NCBI RefSeq assembly: GCF_000150275.1
Contig: NW_002060946.1
Coordinates: forward strand, 1,574,202-1,638,201
DNA: 64,000 nucleotides
From: Trichoplax adhaerens
Taxonomy: Eukaryota; Animalia; Placozoa
Reading direction: 5' to 3'
The stretch's first letter is position 1, and each line of letters starts with the position of its first letter. The notes beneath the pieces are model-generated. The model had not been told where the DNA came from and ran no database searches. It saw only the letters and a list, made by a program, of their open reading frames with translations. Shown in pieces: positions 49,201-64,000 of the stretch. Made by a program: the position numbers and the translations under genes.

Positions 49201-52200
49201 CTACTTTTCGTTTTTATAAATAAATCAATAAATCAATGTTATTATATATATATATATTATATTATTACAATATAATTACAATTACTATATGATACGAAAA
49301 CAATTGGTGTTGCAAACATTTTGAAATCTTAATATAGTTGCAGCGATTCTTAACCATCAAGTAAAAGCTTAATGAAGATCTCTTAATGTTTATTTTAACC
49401 ATGTTAAGCGGATAATTCAATGAAACGTTAATCACTAAAACTTAAATACTAAATTATAATTTTAAGTCGTACCAGAATATTGTAAGTAAGTTAAACGTGG
49501 AAGATGGATAATTTTCCTGTCTGACGTATCAACAACACAATTTATAAAAGCTGCTGCAACATGACCAAAATCATCTCCTTCCATATTAATTCATATTAAT
49601 TCGGCGTTGACCATTCATATTCTGAATTCACGAAATAGGAGTTATATTTTAACAGCTAAAATAACGCAAAAGCCGAAATTACATGAAAACGTTAAAGATG
49701 CTCCAATGTGACTTGGCAAAATTGACCCATCTATCAATGAATAATTGTCATTAATAGTAAATAATAATATGGCTGCTTGTTTGTAGGGTATATCAATAAA
49801 TTATTTTCTATCCATATTAATGAATACAGAGGTATTGATTATACTCATATATATATTATCGAAACCTTGCATACATATATCAAGCTAATAATCGCCAATC
49901 TTATTGCATAATAGAACATCAAGATACATACTCATCTAGGCATACAGTACATCGTCGTAGCAAGACTATGTTAACTTGGTTCATATCGATGATGAATACC
50001 GAGTGACGCAATTTATGAGCTTATGCACTTGCATTTGTTTCTTGCTAGGTCAACATCGGCCAGATGTATCTTATGAAGTATTGTTACGTTTATGATGATA
50101 TACGACATTATAACTCCTTCCGGGTTTATGCAGTGCAAATCCGTCAGTTTTCAATTTTTGATTGTACTAAACGGTGACGGAGTCGTTTTCTCAATCGAGA
50201 TTGATTTGCTAATATCGTAATTCCTCGATGCGACACGTTTCTATACCAGGAACAACTACAGAAATATTGCCCTAGACCGTATAGTGTATGATGACAAATC
50301 TCTTTTAACCTAAATTAGCTCATTTTACTCTCTGTACACTATTAATAATAATAATATAGCATGACAGTACGTTTCTTAATGAATTGCAACCGTAAACGTA
50401 AGCCAACTTAGATATTTTAAGACACTCATTTGCAATTACAACATGAAAGTATATCTGTACACTCCAGTATAGGTGATCAATGAGTTTCTAAGTCATGCAA
50501 GAAATAAACTATGACCTCAATTTCAAAACGGCTACGACGATAGATTAATAGACAACTATGGAAATAAATTTATCCTATCAACTCCATTAATTATCACCTA
50601 CACACCTAGGGTGAGAATTTTGCTATTTTGGACTGTCATTGCCATGGAGCTTGTCTATTCTCTCTCTTCTTATATTGAAAGATCTCTATTTAATAATCCA
50701 ATCAACGGAGTACAACATTATTGTTTAAGCATGTGATAGCTCTATAATGCCAAGTCAAGGGTGCAGAATCAACCTCTGACATTTCACAACCAATTATTAG
50801 GATAGAAATGACGATTTACTTCGATTATGTTGGAGAAAGGGAAGAAAGCTTTGCCTCCCCTCAAGATGCAAGTCCTTCTAGCCATCGTCCGACCAAAGGA
50901 CGTCCGTAACTATTTTAAGTGACCTTCAAGTCTGCAACTGCTCCTACTGTACTACTATACCATGTCCCAAACGACACTTCATTCTATACTGTGTTTGACT
51001 AATTTGTTGGCGCTAGTAGCGCCTCTCTTTAGAGACTTCCAGACAGAAGGACAGCCAAGCCAGGTCTTCGCGCTACACTACACTGCATGATTTTTTTCTT
51101 TTCTCGGTCTGGGATCTGTTATGCGCGATACTGTACGGGTGGTGCAGTAAGCAACTACTTCGTCCCTCTCCTTGAATATGGATGGATGGAGAATCCGAGA
51201 GGTAATCCACTTCCATCCATGCAGAAACCCCACGGAAATAGACTTTAATTAAGCTATTAAGCTACGATTGAGGATATAAATTGCAACTATTTGGAAAGAT
51301 GATGATTGTGTTTTGCTTTCATAATCAATGTTGTTTTCCGGTGTTATAAACTACTGCAAGAGATGAAACAGTAGCTTCACGGAAAACAGAATCGAAAGTT
51401 CAATATACTAAAACTATAAACCGCAACACTTGATGGATGAGATTCTGTTTTACTTTCGAAATCGATTTTATTTTGCGGTATGATGAACTACTGCAAGAGA
51501 CTGAACCAATTGAAACCATACGGCAGATACTGTTATATGACTTTTAGTAGTTAATCTTCGAAATCTTAAAATTGAAAATCATCGGAGGTCCTTGAGAAAT
51601 ACACTTTCTCCAAAACATAGGCGTTGACCCAGCGTAGATATTGGTATAGGTTACCGTCATTGAATAGCTCAGTAAACTGTAGGTAATAAAGGAGCTTCCC
51701 TATGTGCTAAAAGTTGTTCCATTAGCCTAGGACAATCCTCAATCCATCTTAGTCGATCTTAATTAAGTAAAAGTTATTTCTTGAGCCAAGTTGAGCGTAT
51801 GCGTTTCCCTTTTAAAATCCCTCACAACGTGACTCGCGCGGTATGCGAGGCAATGTCCATGCAGGAGAGAGTTATACTCGTATATACAGTATATCTATCA
51901 CTAACTACAAGTAACATTAAAAGCGTATTCACATAATATTTTAAAAATGTTTTAATAAGGCATAATATTGACAGACTGCTAAAAGACTTTGATATAACGG
52001 ATAATTTGCTATGCCACATCTAGTATAAAGTATTTTCCACCTGAATTTTTCACGATAGTATAATGTAGTTGAGACTCCACAACAGTCTTTCTCATACCTT
52101 TACTTTTGGCTCTGTTTTGTTAAAACATCCATTGTACAAACACTATTTATAATTTACATGCTTCTCCAAAGTCTCAATAATGTGTCATCTAAACAAAGTA

Positions 52201-53075
52201 ACGGAGAATATTTTCATATTAGCCATCGATCTGTTAGTTTGAGTTTAGAACGGGAATATACATCTAGAATAAGATAGTAGTATGACTATCATACGTATTG
52301 TGCATGATATAGTTTAAATAGCCAGGGGAAAAAAGGATACATTATACTCCTACCTTATAGTGTTTTGCAACGAATAACAACTTGTGTAAAATAGAAATGT
52401 TACGCCTAAACAGAAATATCTTCACAACAGGAATAGGCGCGTTCTAAATGCACAGTAGACGTTATAAATTTTTTAATCAGTTAATAGGACGAAACGTATC
52501 TCAACTTAGTTGATGCATCTTCTTTAAAGTACAGTAAACAGCTTATCGTATTCGGAAATGACATGTTTATATGAAACTTAGATGCCTAAAGCAAAAAAAA
52601 CTGCATGATATCAACTTTTTATGAACAAGTCTTTGCTACAGCGTCATATAGAAGTGATCCATACTTGAACCTACCGTTAACGCGATAGCAGGAAGTTCCA
52701 TTTTACTATGCATGAAATACACAAAGGCTGTCGTCTTAGTTTCATGTAAAGGCAAACATATATAAATTTTTTAGCATATTGATAATGGTACTGTAACGGT
52801 TTAATATCTTGAAATTTTAATCGTATAACATGATTGCATAAAGCCAGTAATACGCACATAAATAAACTGCGTAAAAAGTCTTAATTATAAATATCTAGAT
52901 AATAACAGTAAGATTGTTGTTGTCATTTCCAATACGCACTATAATAACCATATCATTTATATTATAGAAAATTTTGAGTCATAAATTATTAAATATCAGT
53001 ATGATACAAGATGCATCAAAAATTCAAGAAAGATTTAATAAATATAACATAAATCGTGTCAATAAAACTTGATGT

Positions 53076-56000
53076 CTACTCTTCTATCGGCGATGATTTC
53101 ATCGTGGCATTATTATCACTGTCTTTTACTATTTCTTTTGCCTTCACAGGTTTTTGTGTATCCAGCCTGTCACTAATAATAAATTAATTAGATAAATATC
53201 GAAGATTTGAAATATTTAATAAAACATGCTCTTAATTACATAATAACGGTATACCCAAGCGTTACCAAATGCTGACTACAACAGATGGTATGCACTGATC
53301 TTTTTACTAGTTTTAAGGTCAGCTGATAATGAAGACCATGTCAAGATATTGTAGACAAAATAATTTCACAAATTTTTTACCTCTTATCGCTCATTAGGCC
53401 ATCTTTATCGAGACTGTTGCTATATCTGATTGCAGTACTTGTAATGCTGGATAATTTCGGTGAATGGTGTTCACTACATAGATGGTAATTAAATCATAAA
53501 TTTTAAAATTTATTATATTGATTTATACGCCTATAGGAATATGAAAACATTTAATGTAGGGAAAAATTACTAATGGTAGAAGCCTTTTGACTTATTTTTA
53601 AGGCTACTACTATGAGATCATGTTCCATTCATGACGAATAAATGGATTCATTCATACTTACATTTTCCTTTTACGATTATCGCTACCGTTAAAAGTCCAT
53701 ACGGCTCCGTTTAAAGTCTCCACGCGCACAAAGCATTGCTGTATCGATAAATTATGTCTAACAGCGTTCTATTATCAATAAATATATCAATTATCTTATC
53801 AAATTCATATAATGGCGCGATCAAGTAAACACTAAAGCTTTATGCCGTTAAAATGTATCAGTATGTATTGCGACTCAAAATTAAACGTCTTTCATATTTT
53901 TATTTTATTCATTATGCCCATTTACTATAAACGTAATCAACCTTCCAAGTAGCGGCATCTTCTTTATTTCTGAAGTATTTAAAGTGAGCAACAAACCAAT
54001 TATAAATTTCACTTAGTGATAACTGCTGATGCGGCGATTCTATAATTGCCTTAAAGAATAACACCACAATCATTAGCGTTAGCATGCATAACAAAATGAA
54101 AGCGCAATTAAAAATATCTAACTGGTATCAGGTAGTATCTACTGTATGTTATACTCATCGAAATGTCTTACTTGACGAATCATTGATGCATACGTAAATG
54201 GAGGGCGTTGATCATGAAGCTGATAATAATTTCGAGCTTTTTCTAATTCTACAATTTATAAGACAAAATATTTGTTCACAATATCGTTCGCAAATGAAAT
54301 ACCGTAAGGTTAAAATGTAGTCCATGCAAAATATAACGTCTTACACAAAGAAATACCTGACGTAATATCGCGAACTTCTAACTGATTTTTCCCGTGTCTT
54401 TTTCGACGAGGTATGATTGGTTCCTGTGATTTAGAAACTGGAGAATGTAAAGCTCCAAATGCAACATTCGATGGCGTGTAGTAAGGATATGAGTATCCAA
54501 ATTGTGGCATTTGTTGTATTGGCTGAAGCTTTTGTCCTTGCATTTCCTCCATCTTAAAATAAAAATTCATAATGTAATGCATATACAATTCTTCTATAGC
54601 AGGTAACAGTAAATGTTCGTTGTTAGGGAGATATCATTGCTATAGAAACCTGAGCAGTGGTAAGCTGTGAAAGTGTTGGTAAGACTTGTGCATTATTAAT
54701 ATTTTGATGCATGGCATAGTCGAGTGAATGAATTGGTGAGTACTACAATAACGGTTTATAATTAATTATTAATATGTTAAAATAATATAACGTATTTATA
54801 TGACCGTAAAATGTGTATTAGATCAGGGTTAACCAATAGTTTTACTAATTGAAAAAGTAGGTATATTTAAAGTGTAAAACACCTAAAAAGTTTTACCGGG
54901 GATACTTGTAAATGTTTAGTCATTGCTATCATTCGTTGTCTCTCTTTCAGTAGCTAAAATAATTGGTTTAAGATAACATTTATTTACAAGTTGATTGAAA
55001 AAAATTTTGTATTTTAAAGTTATGTAATTTTACGATAAATAAGTTAGTAGGACCTGGGATTCTAATATGGAAACAACTTGAATTTGAACTCTAGTTTGAG
55101 CAGTGCTTCTATCATCTAATTTATGATCCGTATTCAAATGCCTTATAAATAGACAAGACATAATAAAAATTCGATATTATGTTGTAAATTTCGGCAATAG
55201 TTTGTAAAATTTTAATAATGGTCATGCTATCCTTTTAAGAATACAGACAGTATACTTACCGTAAAAATTCATCAAACGTTTTTATCTTTGTTTCACAGCC
55301 TGGCCATTGACAAATTTCGTTATGGTATAAATCATGACCTTTATTATTTATGAAAATATCGAACATCAGACAGCAATTAACTGATGAAATGATAATGTAA
55401 AGGATTTCACCCCAAAAAAGAAAAAAAACTTAGATTTGTTCTAATGTCTTTTATTTTTGAAAAGTCAAGATATAGCATATCATGACAACAAGTCGTTCGA
55501 CAAGATGTGTGTAAAAAATACATACAGGGAGAGGAAGACGATGCAGATGATGGTACTGTTGAATTCCTGCTCCATTAAAAAATAAAAAATTAAAAACATT
55601 AAACATTCTAAAAGATTTTACTGTACACATCAAATTGTAGTCTAAATTAATAACAAATTTACAGTACTAACAAATGATCAAATCTTTCCAGTGTCTTATC
55701 ATGCAAAATAAACAATTATTAATGATATACGAGCATTTATGAAGATGTAGCTAAATAGACTACAAGGATACCTCTATCAATCTATCTAAATGTATATCGT
55801 TGTGTGTGTGTGTGTTATAACTGTTTGGTACAATTTTGACATTATCTAATAAAAATATTTTTTTCTCCACCTACCTATTATCGTAAGTAATAGTAGTAGA
55901 AGAATGCGATGGATCTAATATCGATCCCTGAAGTAAGGGATTATTTCGCATATCGGAATTCACAATACTTCCGCTTACGCCATGTTGATTAATTTTACCA

Positions 56001-56750
56001 TAGTTCATTGATGTAGAATTACCTGTGAGCATTCACAATAATAACATTTGAAAGAATTAATTTTCACATCAACTATTCTTGATAAATGAATAATATTTGA
56101 GCGATATTATCAACGTAAAGTTTTGCAATTCTAGGTGATACCGACTTAGATGTCCTTATATTTTTTCTTTAATAACATGTTCAAAGCGATATAAGAGTAC
56201 AGCGTGATAGACTTATCTGAAATGACTACTTACCCATCCAATTTGGTAAAATAGTAGTACTCTTTACAGATGAATCATGACCATGATCATCAGATATGCC
56301 ATCTTTAATATCCTTCACTTCTAAAGTTAATCGTTTACGATCCTTAACTTTATCACTACTTTTAACTTCTTTAGTTTGATACTGTCCTGGTTGTTCTTTA
56401 ACTCCTGAGGTTTCATTAATATTGAAATTATCTTTATCATTTTTTTTATTTTCGCATAAATCATAAGTATGCTGAGAATGAGGTGTTAACTTGGCTTGAT
56501 TAATTCCATAGCCATGGCTGTTTTTTATCCCCTCTTCATCCATGCTACCACCATCACTACCACTACTGATATGATTGTTATCGGTATCGCTTCCTTCAGC
56601 AAATCGAATTCGTGTAGGATGTGAATTTTTTCGTTGTTTACTTGTTGTATGACAAATATCTGTAAAAGGCGCCGATCGCTTTAACGATTCTTTAGTAGTG
56701 GTATCCCATGGTTTAGTATTGCGAAACATATCATATCGTTTGGTTGCCAT
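53076..56750 (-). CDS. FoxP: Forkhead box P transcription factor; predicted exons 56750-56234, 56022-55875, 55566-55526, 55380-55260, 55141-55054, 54953-54906, 54742-54650, 54552-54357, 54248-54172, 54049-53942, 53768-53662, 53473-53381, 53172-53076
   Basis: C2H2 finger (CQWPGCE...FDEFLRHLNTDH), leucine zipper ([37 protein letters not shown]) and forkhead domain ([17 protein letters not shown]...EIYNWF...[13 protein letters not shown]...CFVRVE...GAVWT), assembled over phase-consistent GT-AG introns. Non-conserved exons are less certain. Confidence 0.92.
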
Positions 56751-59700
56751 AAGACCGTAATTTTTTTACTTTTTTTAGTAACTAAATCTTGTAAAGAAAG
56801 AGTAATAAATAAATCATTAATTGCAATTAGTATTATACCATATATTCCAACGATTAAGATATTAAAAATACAGGCATTAAAGTAATTAAATCTTTATATC
56901 TGTATGTAATAAAATCTTTTTACCCAAAATTTTTAATGTTTTTTGTTTTGTTAACATACTAATTTTCAAGTGGTAATATAAAAAATTGCATTACTAGATG
57001 AGCAGAATAGTTATAAGTGTAGATAGGTGTTCCAAGTGAAAATAGATATGAATAAATAGCCATAGTACTGTTATTTTATTTTACAGTTAGAAATTTTTTG
57101 TATTGTATTGATAGATAGGTGGCTACAAATATGAGTGTAAGTGCATGATCCAAAGTGAAATAGACAAGGATCAATACTCATAATACCATTCTCGCTGTTT
57201 TGTATTTAATTTCTATTTGTATTATTCTTGTTATCTCTTAAAAGTGATTTCACCAATCAATGCGATGACATTTTTTCCCCATTGCACAATACCAATCTCT
57301 ACACTAGTAACAAAAAGCACCAGATAAAGCGTAGAATGACAACGATATCATAATAAGTAAGACACTTTAGAATGTCTTCTGTTCACTTATTATATCACAC
57401 ATCCAATCAAGTCTGTAGCTATGCATGTACACACATAGCCTATTATTCCCTACCATGTTCACTACTATAAATGATTTTATTATCCTATTTTCAATACGAA
57501 GGAAAGCTATCTAACCGATTTTTTAATATTATTTCCCAATAATGTTCTTGTCATCTCCCCCTCCTATTATTGTAATTGAATTGTCTTTTTGACATACATT
57601 AAAAATTCAGTCAATACAGAAATAGCCATACATATCAATCCGTTGTAAATATAATGATAGCAGAATGTCGTATTGTTTGCGTAAAATTCAAAGTCCACAT
57701 CAGGCATAACTTTCGAATGCCATCGGCTATAATACTTTGCACATGCATAGATAGACGTACAACATAGACAGACGTACAGCGTAAAACAATTATACACACA
57801 ATATACTTTACTAATGTATAGTTATACGTATAAAGTACCAACATTCCCACAACTATACATGCACATATGCAATCCATATGTATGTGCATTATACATTGTA
57901 GGATTGTAAGGACAGTTTGAATTTTGTATTATAATTGATAAAAAAGTATAAAATTCTTGGATCAATCTTTTCGTTAATCCTGAAATCTCTGAGTAGGTAC
58001 AAATTTGAAGATTAATTTAGGGCTTATAAACTAAAAGCTATCATCGTCTTCCTATTTACATTAGCAAAAAAAAAGAGGAATTTTTGATAAAGTCAATTTT
58101 ACGCAATTGTCTTTCAACCAGTAGCAAAATCTTGTCAATGCTATCGATCGATGCCTATTTTATAACGATGAATAGTTGTTTCAACATTTATTTTTTTGCA
58201 TCCAAATTCTTTTTGGATATTAAAATTATAACAGTATTCAACATTACCTTATTGAATATGTATACATAAATCTTATTCTTTAAGATGAATTGTCTTCATT
58301 TACCTCTTTCCAATAGTCTAAACCGCTATTTCTATTTCGTCAAGTATTTGTGGTTTCTATATCTATAAGTACGATATATCTTTATTCTACATTGACCATT
58401 TAGCAATGTATGATATAAGACTCTCTTTTTGAAGTCTTTATACATGTTAAGTAATGTTGAGGAATGTATGGGTAGAATTTTCTAAAGTAAAGAATCTTGA
58501 AATGAAGTACAATAAAATAAATAGAATGAAAACTATTGTGTATCATGTCAAGAGTAATATCACGCAATCTGTTACGAAAGGAAACNNNNNNNNNNNNNNN
58601 NNNNNNNNNNNNNNNNNNNNNNNNNNNNNNNNNNNGGGATTTCTCCCCCAAAAGTGGATTTTTCCCCCCCCCCCCCCCAAAAAAAAAAAGAGATCTGCGT
58701 ATAAACGTACAGTATAATATGTACAATCTCAAGTGATTTCTCCTACATAAGTTGATATTTTCCCCCCCCCCCCCCCCAAAAAAAATAAGAGATCTGCATA
58801 TAAACGTATAATATGTCTATATAAAGAATTTTAATATGGACTCTAACTTTCTATCATACTGTAGATTTCAAAATTACTGTAATCTATACTGTTGTACTAA
58901 TAACATATCTCTATAGACGTCTATATCAGTATATGGCCTATAAGATACATCATTTACAGCTTCCACTGTCTATTTTACATATCGAAATATTCCAAATTCT
59001 TTTCAATACTGTGAATACTAATACAGTATATGCAATTTGAACTAGACGTATTTTAATGCTATCCTATCAAGAATTCAAATCTAAGTAGATCTTCTAATGG
59101 AAGGTATACCTAGACGCCTATTGCACATACTCTATTTCTATATTCCATCAGGGTATGGTTAAGTAAATGATAATCGAATGCAATGTCGACACCTATACGT
59201 CTTCCTATAATAACTTGACTTTTTGAATTGCTGAAGAGATTGTGCAGCAATTTATATTCAATAACCATGCTATAATATCGATTCTATACATTTCTCGAAA
59301 AAATCTTTCGACGTTATCAATTCCTCAAGCGTGTGTTATACACGATTGATTATTCAATCGTAAGCTATTTAACTAAAATAAGAGTTGTTGAATATAAAAA
59401 AGGGGAAAAGAAAAAAAAAATCACTGCAATGCATTCTTAGTTTAATTCTACCATTGGATGTCAGTTTAACATAAAATCAATGATTTAGGGTCGTTCTTTG
59501 ATCGAATTTATTGACAAATGTCAATTTGATATCGTCTATTGATGTCAGGTAGACCTTTCATAAAAAAATCTGCAATCATTTAACACTAATATACAAGTGA
59601 TTAGATTACGACAAGACCTATCTGAGTGTCAATACATTCAAGAGGACAGCTAGATTGGCAAGCCATCAGGAAAAACAAAGTAAAAATGATGAATGCTATA

Positions 59701-61477
59701 GAAGAGTAAATCAAAAAAGAGAATAATCTATCTGAATAGATACCATGATGAGGACAATATAATGTTTAACTCAATTGAATTTTGACTACTACGCGTATAG
59801 TTGAATTGATCTATTCTATCGGCAGTTGCTTAGTGTGCAAGGAACAATATCAAAATTTTAAATACAATTCTGCGATAATAACATTATTTCAATGATATTC
59901 TTGATATTTAAGTCAGTATACACACCAACCAGCTCATAATGATATGATAATATATATATTATCTATCTCGATACAAGTGCTTGTACTTGGAATAAGATAC
60001 GCATCATCAATTCCAAGAAGGAAAATGAATCCATACTTTCCCTTCCGCCTTTTTCTCTCTCTCTACAAGTAGTGTAGTTTTACAATTAATGATATCCAAT
60101 ACAGCCAAAATAGAACATATATCTCCAATTATGAAACGTCATAAGTAATCAAAAAACTTTCTACTGTCTATATTGTATATGTATATATATAGCGAAAAAT
60201 GCGACAAATTATCTTCACCACAAATAATCATAATAATCACTTGTAAATTCAAGCGAATTTGCTACGTGATGTATTTCAATTCTTGAAGTCTGTTACTGTT
60301 AAGTTCCATTTATTCTTATACATGGAATACATTGATTCTTATTTCAAGAATAGATCGTTGAAAGGTAAAAGGAAGATGATCATGATAATGAAAGTAGATT
60401 AATTTGCTAAAGTAATTTATTTTTTTATTGTGTCATTCAAATCGATAGATAGGTCTGATTTCCAACTTTTTCAAATAGTCGATCATCCAATCTTGCTTAG
60501 GTATTTCATACTACTACTATATTGCATAGGAGGTTGAAGAGAGAGAAAGAAAAAAAAAAATTGGAGAACTTGTCTATACACATGTAGAAGGAGGATAAAT
60601 AAAATATTAGTCGTAATGATTGATCGCATTGACAAGGTAGGGGACAACATAAGCTGGCAATCAATTTTCGATAGGATTGATAGAGGAGGAGCATTATTGT
60701 TGTTGTTTAAAAGTATGAGCAAATTTCGATTCAAATGAGACATACGATATGTAGAGGATATGTAGAGGATATGTATTCATGTAGTATATTAAGATTGTAT
60801 ACAATAAGAAATAACTATTTTTCTTTTTTGGACTTTAAGATAGCCAAGGTGAAGGAAATGAATAGACAACATTCCATAGGAGATTGATTGAAGCTTAGTC
60901 AAAAGTTGAAAAATGGATTATATCCTTTAGTTGACTTACCGTCATTGAGAAATAGGTTATTGAATAACTTGATTCTCGTTCTACTCTCTTTCGCTCGCTT
61001 AGATACTACCATAGCGCCGTTGAATTTATAATAGCAAGAGTTCACACTCTTCATATTGAAAGTGGCTAACTTGGATCAGCCGAAATCAAGAAGAAAAAAG
61101 TAGAAATGCAGTGGATAATATTGAATAAAATCAAATTTCTTTTTCTTGTCAAGACATAAAAACAAAAATTTTAACACAATGATAATGCCTTAATTCTGTA
61201 GTGTAAAAGAATAATAATTAATTATTGGCGTGCTGTCATATTGGGAATTGATGAATAGAGTGAAAATTAATCATGTACTACATGTACAACACTGTCATGA
61301 TAGTTGTTCGTTATTGTTGTAAACTCATGTTCACTGTATGTAGAGTAGAATAGATCTTTTCCACACCCCTAGTCAAAAACATGGCGTAGTCGCAGAAAGG
61401 ATAATAAATTACAATAATTGGTATTTATCGAAGTCAAGTACATGATCTTAGTCGGTTAAAAACAATCGTTAATTTTA

Positions 61478-61560
61478 TTTTTTTTTTTCTCTCTCTCTCT
61501 CTCTTTCCTCCTCAATATAATTATAATAGTTAGGAGAAAGAGGGAGGGAGGGAGAGAAAA
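61478..61560. repeat. Polypyrimidine (T/CT) tract followed by a polypurine tract
   Basis: T run, (ct)n, then aggagaaagagggagggagggagagaaaa. Confidence 0.6.
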
Positions 61561-62329
61561 ACACAAATCAGGCAATGTTTCTGTTCCTTTGATATGGCCA
61601 ACTCTTAATTTTCTACAATTGACAGCAATTAAATCAACTTGATGTCATAGTGTAGAAGATCTATACCCGCTTCAATTTTACTTTTTTTTTTTTCTTTAGC
61701 AATGTTCATAGGATCGACTTTCATATTAACTTATCCAAGTAATAATAAATGCAACTGTAAAGAGAAGAACTAACATTTCATTCATGGAAAGTAAAGGATA
61801 AAAATACAAAAGGTAGAGATCGCCAATTCTTGACATTGACCAAAGGCCATCATGGCTAAACAATGTCATCCATTTTACTACGACCAAAAGCACAATGTTA
61901 GGAGTATTCTGAATCGGTCAAATTTGACTCCATTCTATCAATACTTTTAACCTCAATATTTCTCAAGGATCCAATCAACTTACAATTTGACATAAGACTT
62001 CAATCAACTGGACAGTATCACTGGAGTAATGGACGACATCGCTTCTGACTAATATGGACCAGTAGGAAATCAAGCATATCAATCAATCAATCCATCCTTC
62101 ATCATCTAATGGATTGATACCAAATCAGCCAAAGGGCATTTTTCATTCTACTATTTCATCGCTGCTATTATACCTAGGAATATCTCTTGCTAACAACAAC
62201 ATGGATCTTTTCCTTCATCCCTCATGATCCATCAGGCATGAAGAGAGTATTTTCCTATCATTTACTTTGCCTTTCTGTACAAAGTGACAATGTCGTCATA
62301 CAGCCAACAACGAGTGCATCTGCAAGAGC

Positions 62330-62900
62330 AGCTAAAAACGAATTATCCTATTTTGCTTCTTTTTAAATCTGTCATACAATTACTTCTCGCTGTTTAGAGC
62401 GATATTATTGTACGGAATAGAAAGTCAATGTCATATTTAAGCAATCAATTTTAGAGTAGCAAAGAGCAGACCAGCACGCACTCGATATTTCCAAAAGTAC
62501 TGTTTGGAAAAATGAGGATTATAGCAACACTGTTGTAACGCAAAGCAGGAGTGCCTGCATAGTCCATGTCTTCATTTTTCCAAGAAAACGATATCAGCTA
62601 ATCCTTGTATTTACTACTGCATAAGTTATTATTATTTTTGCTGTTCATGCCGATATCGTGGTAAGGAATAGAAAGTCAATGTCATATTAAGCAATGGGTT
62701 TTAGAATAGCAAAGAGCAAACTTGTACACACAGGAGATTTTTCAAAAGTAGTGGTTAGAAAAGGAAGATTACAGTAAGCATTGGTCAATACCGTCATGGA
62801 GCAAAAGTAGACGTATAGTCCATGTCTTCATTTTCCAAGAAAATGACATCAGCTAATGCTTGCATTGACTACCACGTAAATTATTATTTTTGCTTCTTTT
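62330..62900. repeat. Diverged ~250-290-bp tandem duplication
   Basis: ggaatagaaagtcaatgtcatatt at ~62414 and ~62665; tagtccatgtcttcattttt at ~62560 and ~62816. Confidence 0.8.
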
Positions 62901-62929
62901 CTGATCGGCTAATCAAATTAGTTAATATA

Positions 62930-63335
62930 CTGTACTGTAAAAGTGGCTAGAAGCGAAGGTAGAAAGCAGACTTTAATTAATTAAAGAGGATGAACATGCG
63001 GTCTATTATTTTCATTGACGAAGCACGAGTATCCTTGTCGTCCATCAATAGCAAGATTATTTAGCATTTTATTGAGGATAAGGACAACTTGCAAGGTTTA
63101 TCAAGTTGGTTACGATATTGTAAAAGTAGCTAGAAGTGGACGTGGAAAGCAGACTTGAAAGAGGATGATCAAGCGGTCCATCATCTTCATTGATGAAGCA
63201 TGAGCATCCTTGTCGTCCATCAATAGCAAGATTATTTAGCATTTTATTGAGGATAAGGGCGACTTGCAAGGTTAATTAAGTTGGTTAAAATACTGTAAAA
63301 GTGGTTAGAAGCTGACGTAGAAAGCATGCTTTTAA
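62930..63335. repeat. ~180-bp tandem repeat, ~2.2 copies
   Basis: atccttgtcgtccatcaatagcaagattatttagcatttt occurs twice; ctgtaaaagtgg.tagaag-like starts occur at ~62935, ~63118 and ~63293. Confidence 0.85.
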
Positions 63336-64000
63336 GATTAGAGAGAAAAAATGATGTGATTTCAGTTAATTGGATCATTTTCTATCAAAGCATAAGTGGA
63401 GAAAGTCAACGATAGTCCACTTGACCGCATTCTACCTTATTCTGTATATAAAATCCCAATAATAAAAAAAAATAAAACTAATAGATCGATTAGAATAGCA
63501 GCAAGGGAAGGCGAAAGCATGTGTAGTCACAGTCTCAATTGCATACAGAGTAGGTAGCAATGGCGTCAAGAATCGGTTTCATTGATGCGCTGATAAGTAT
63601 AAACTAACCACATTGAAACTAACTAACTCTGTTACTTACGATTCAAAGTTAGGCATGTGTTGCGATCAAAAATTAGTAACAGTATCAGTTTAAAGACATG
63701 GCTTGCATGCAGCTTGTTTCGTCCACGATAAGTTAGCCAACAAATGGGAGAACAAGACTGGGAGAGGTAGGGAAAATAATAATTGACCTACTGGTAATAT
63801 GATGATCGCCTGTTGTACATGTATACCGGCAATCAGTGGAGATGGCAAGATGGCTAATCAAGGAGATTTATTCAACTTTTTCAACCATCTCGATCAAGCC
63901 ATCTTTGCAGTCGATGTATATTTATAACTGTCAATGACGTTAATAATCTCCTTTTCCGATAAATTGATCAAAAGCACACCCAGTCCTACTATACTGTCGA

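Noticed and set aside
53255-53322. Extra FoxP exon
   Set aside because: The best acceptor gives an immediate stop in the required phase, while skipping to 53172 is in frame.
58400-58815. ORFs and duplicated C-run/A-run segment around the N gap
   Set aside because: The frames are open only because of Ns and homopolymers; the duplication beside a gap is probably an assembly artefact.

Overview
AT-rich eukaryotic (animal) genomic DNA with short GT-AG introns and two assembly gaps (4687-4790, 58586-58634). Gene content and style suggest an early-branching metazoan such as a placozoan (inference only). The left half (1-30.7 kb) is a minus-strand tandem array of an uncharacterised receptor/channel-like gene family. 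Each gene has a signal peptide, Cys-rich ectodomain and TM helix in coding exon 1, and a multi-pass membrane region in coding exon 2, joined by a conserved phase-2 intron (~805-830 aa spliced). There are three complete copies, one running off the window, one pseudogene and two fragments. The array is interrupted by an almost intron-less ACADVL-like gene with HNF4-type DR1 sites upstream and by a frameshifted bacterial-type Rpn/PD-(D/E)XK nuclease gene. Further right are a short protein resembling only the PABP-binding N-terminus of eIF4G, a repeat-rich interval, a three-exon Thg1-like protein (TLP) of the non-animal type, and a multi-exon FoxP gene.
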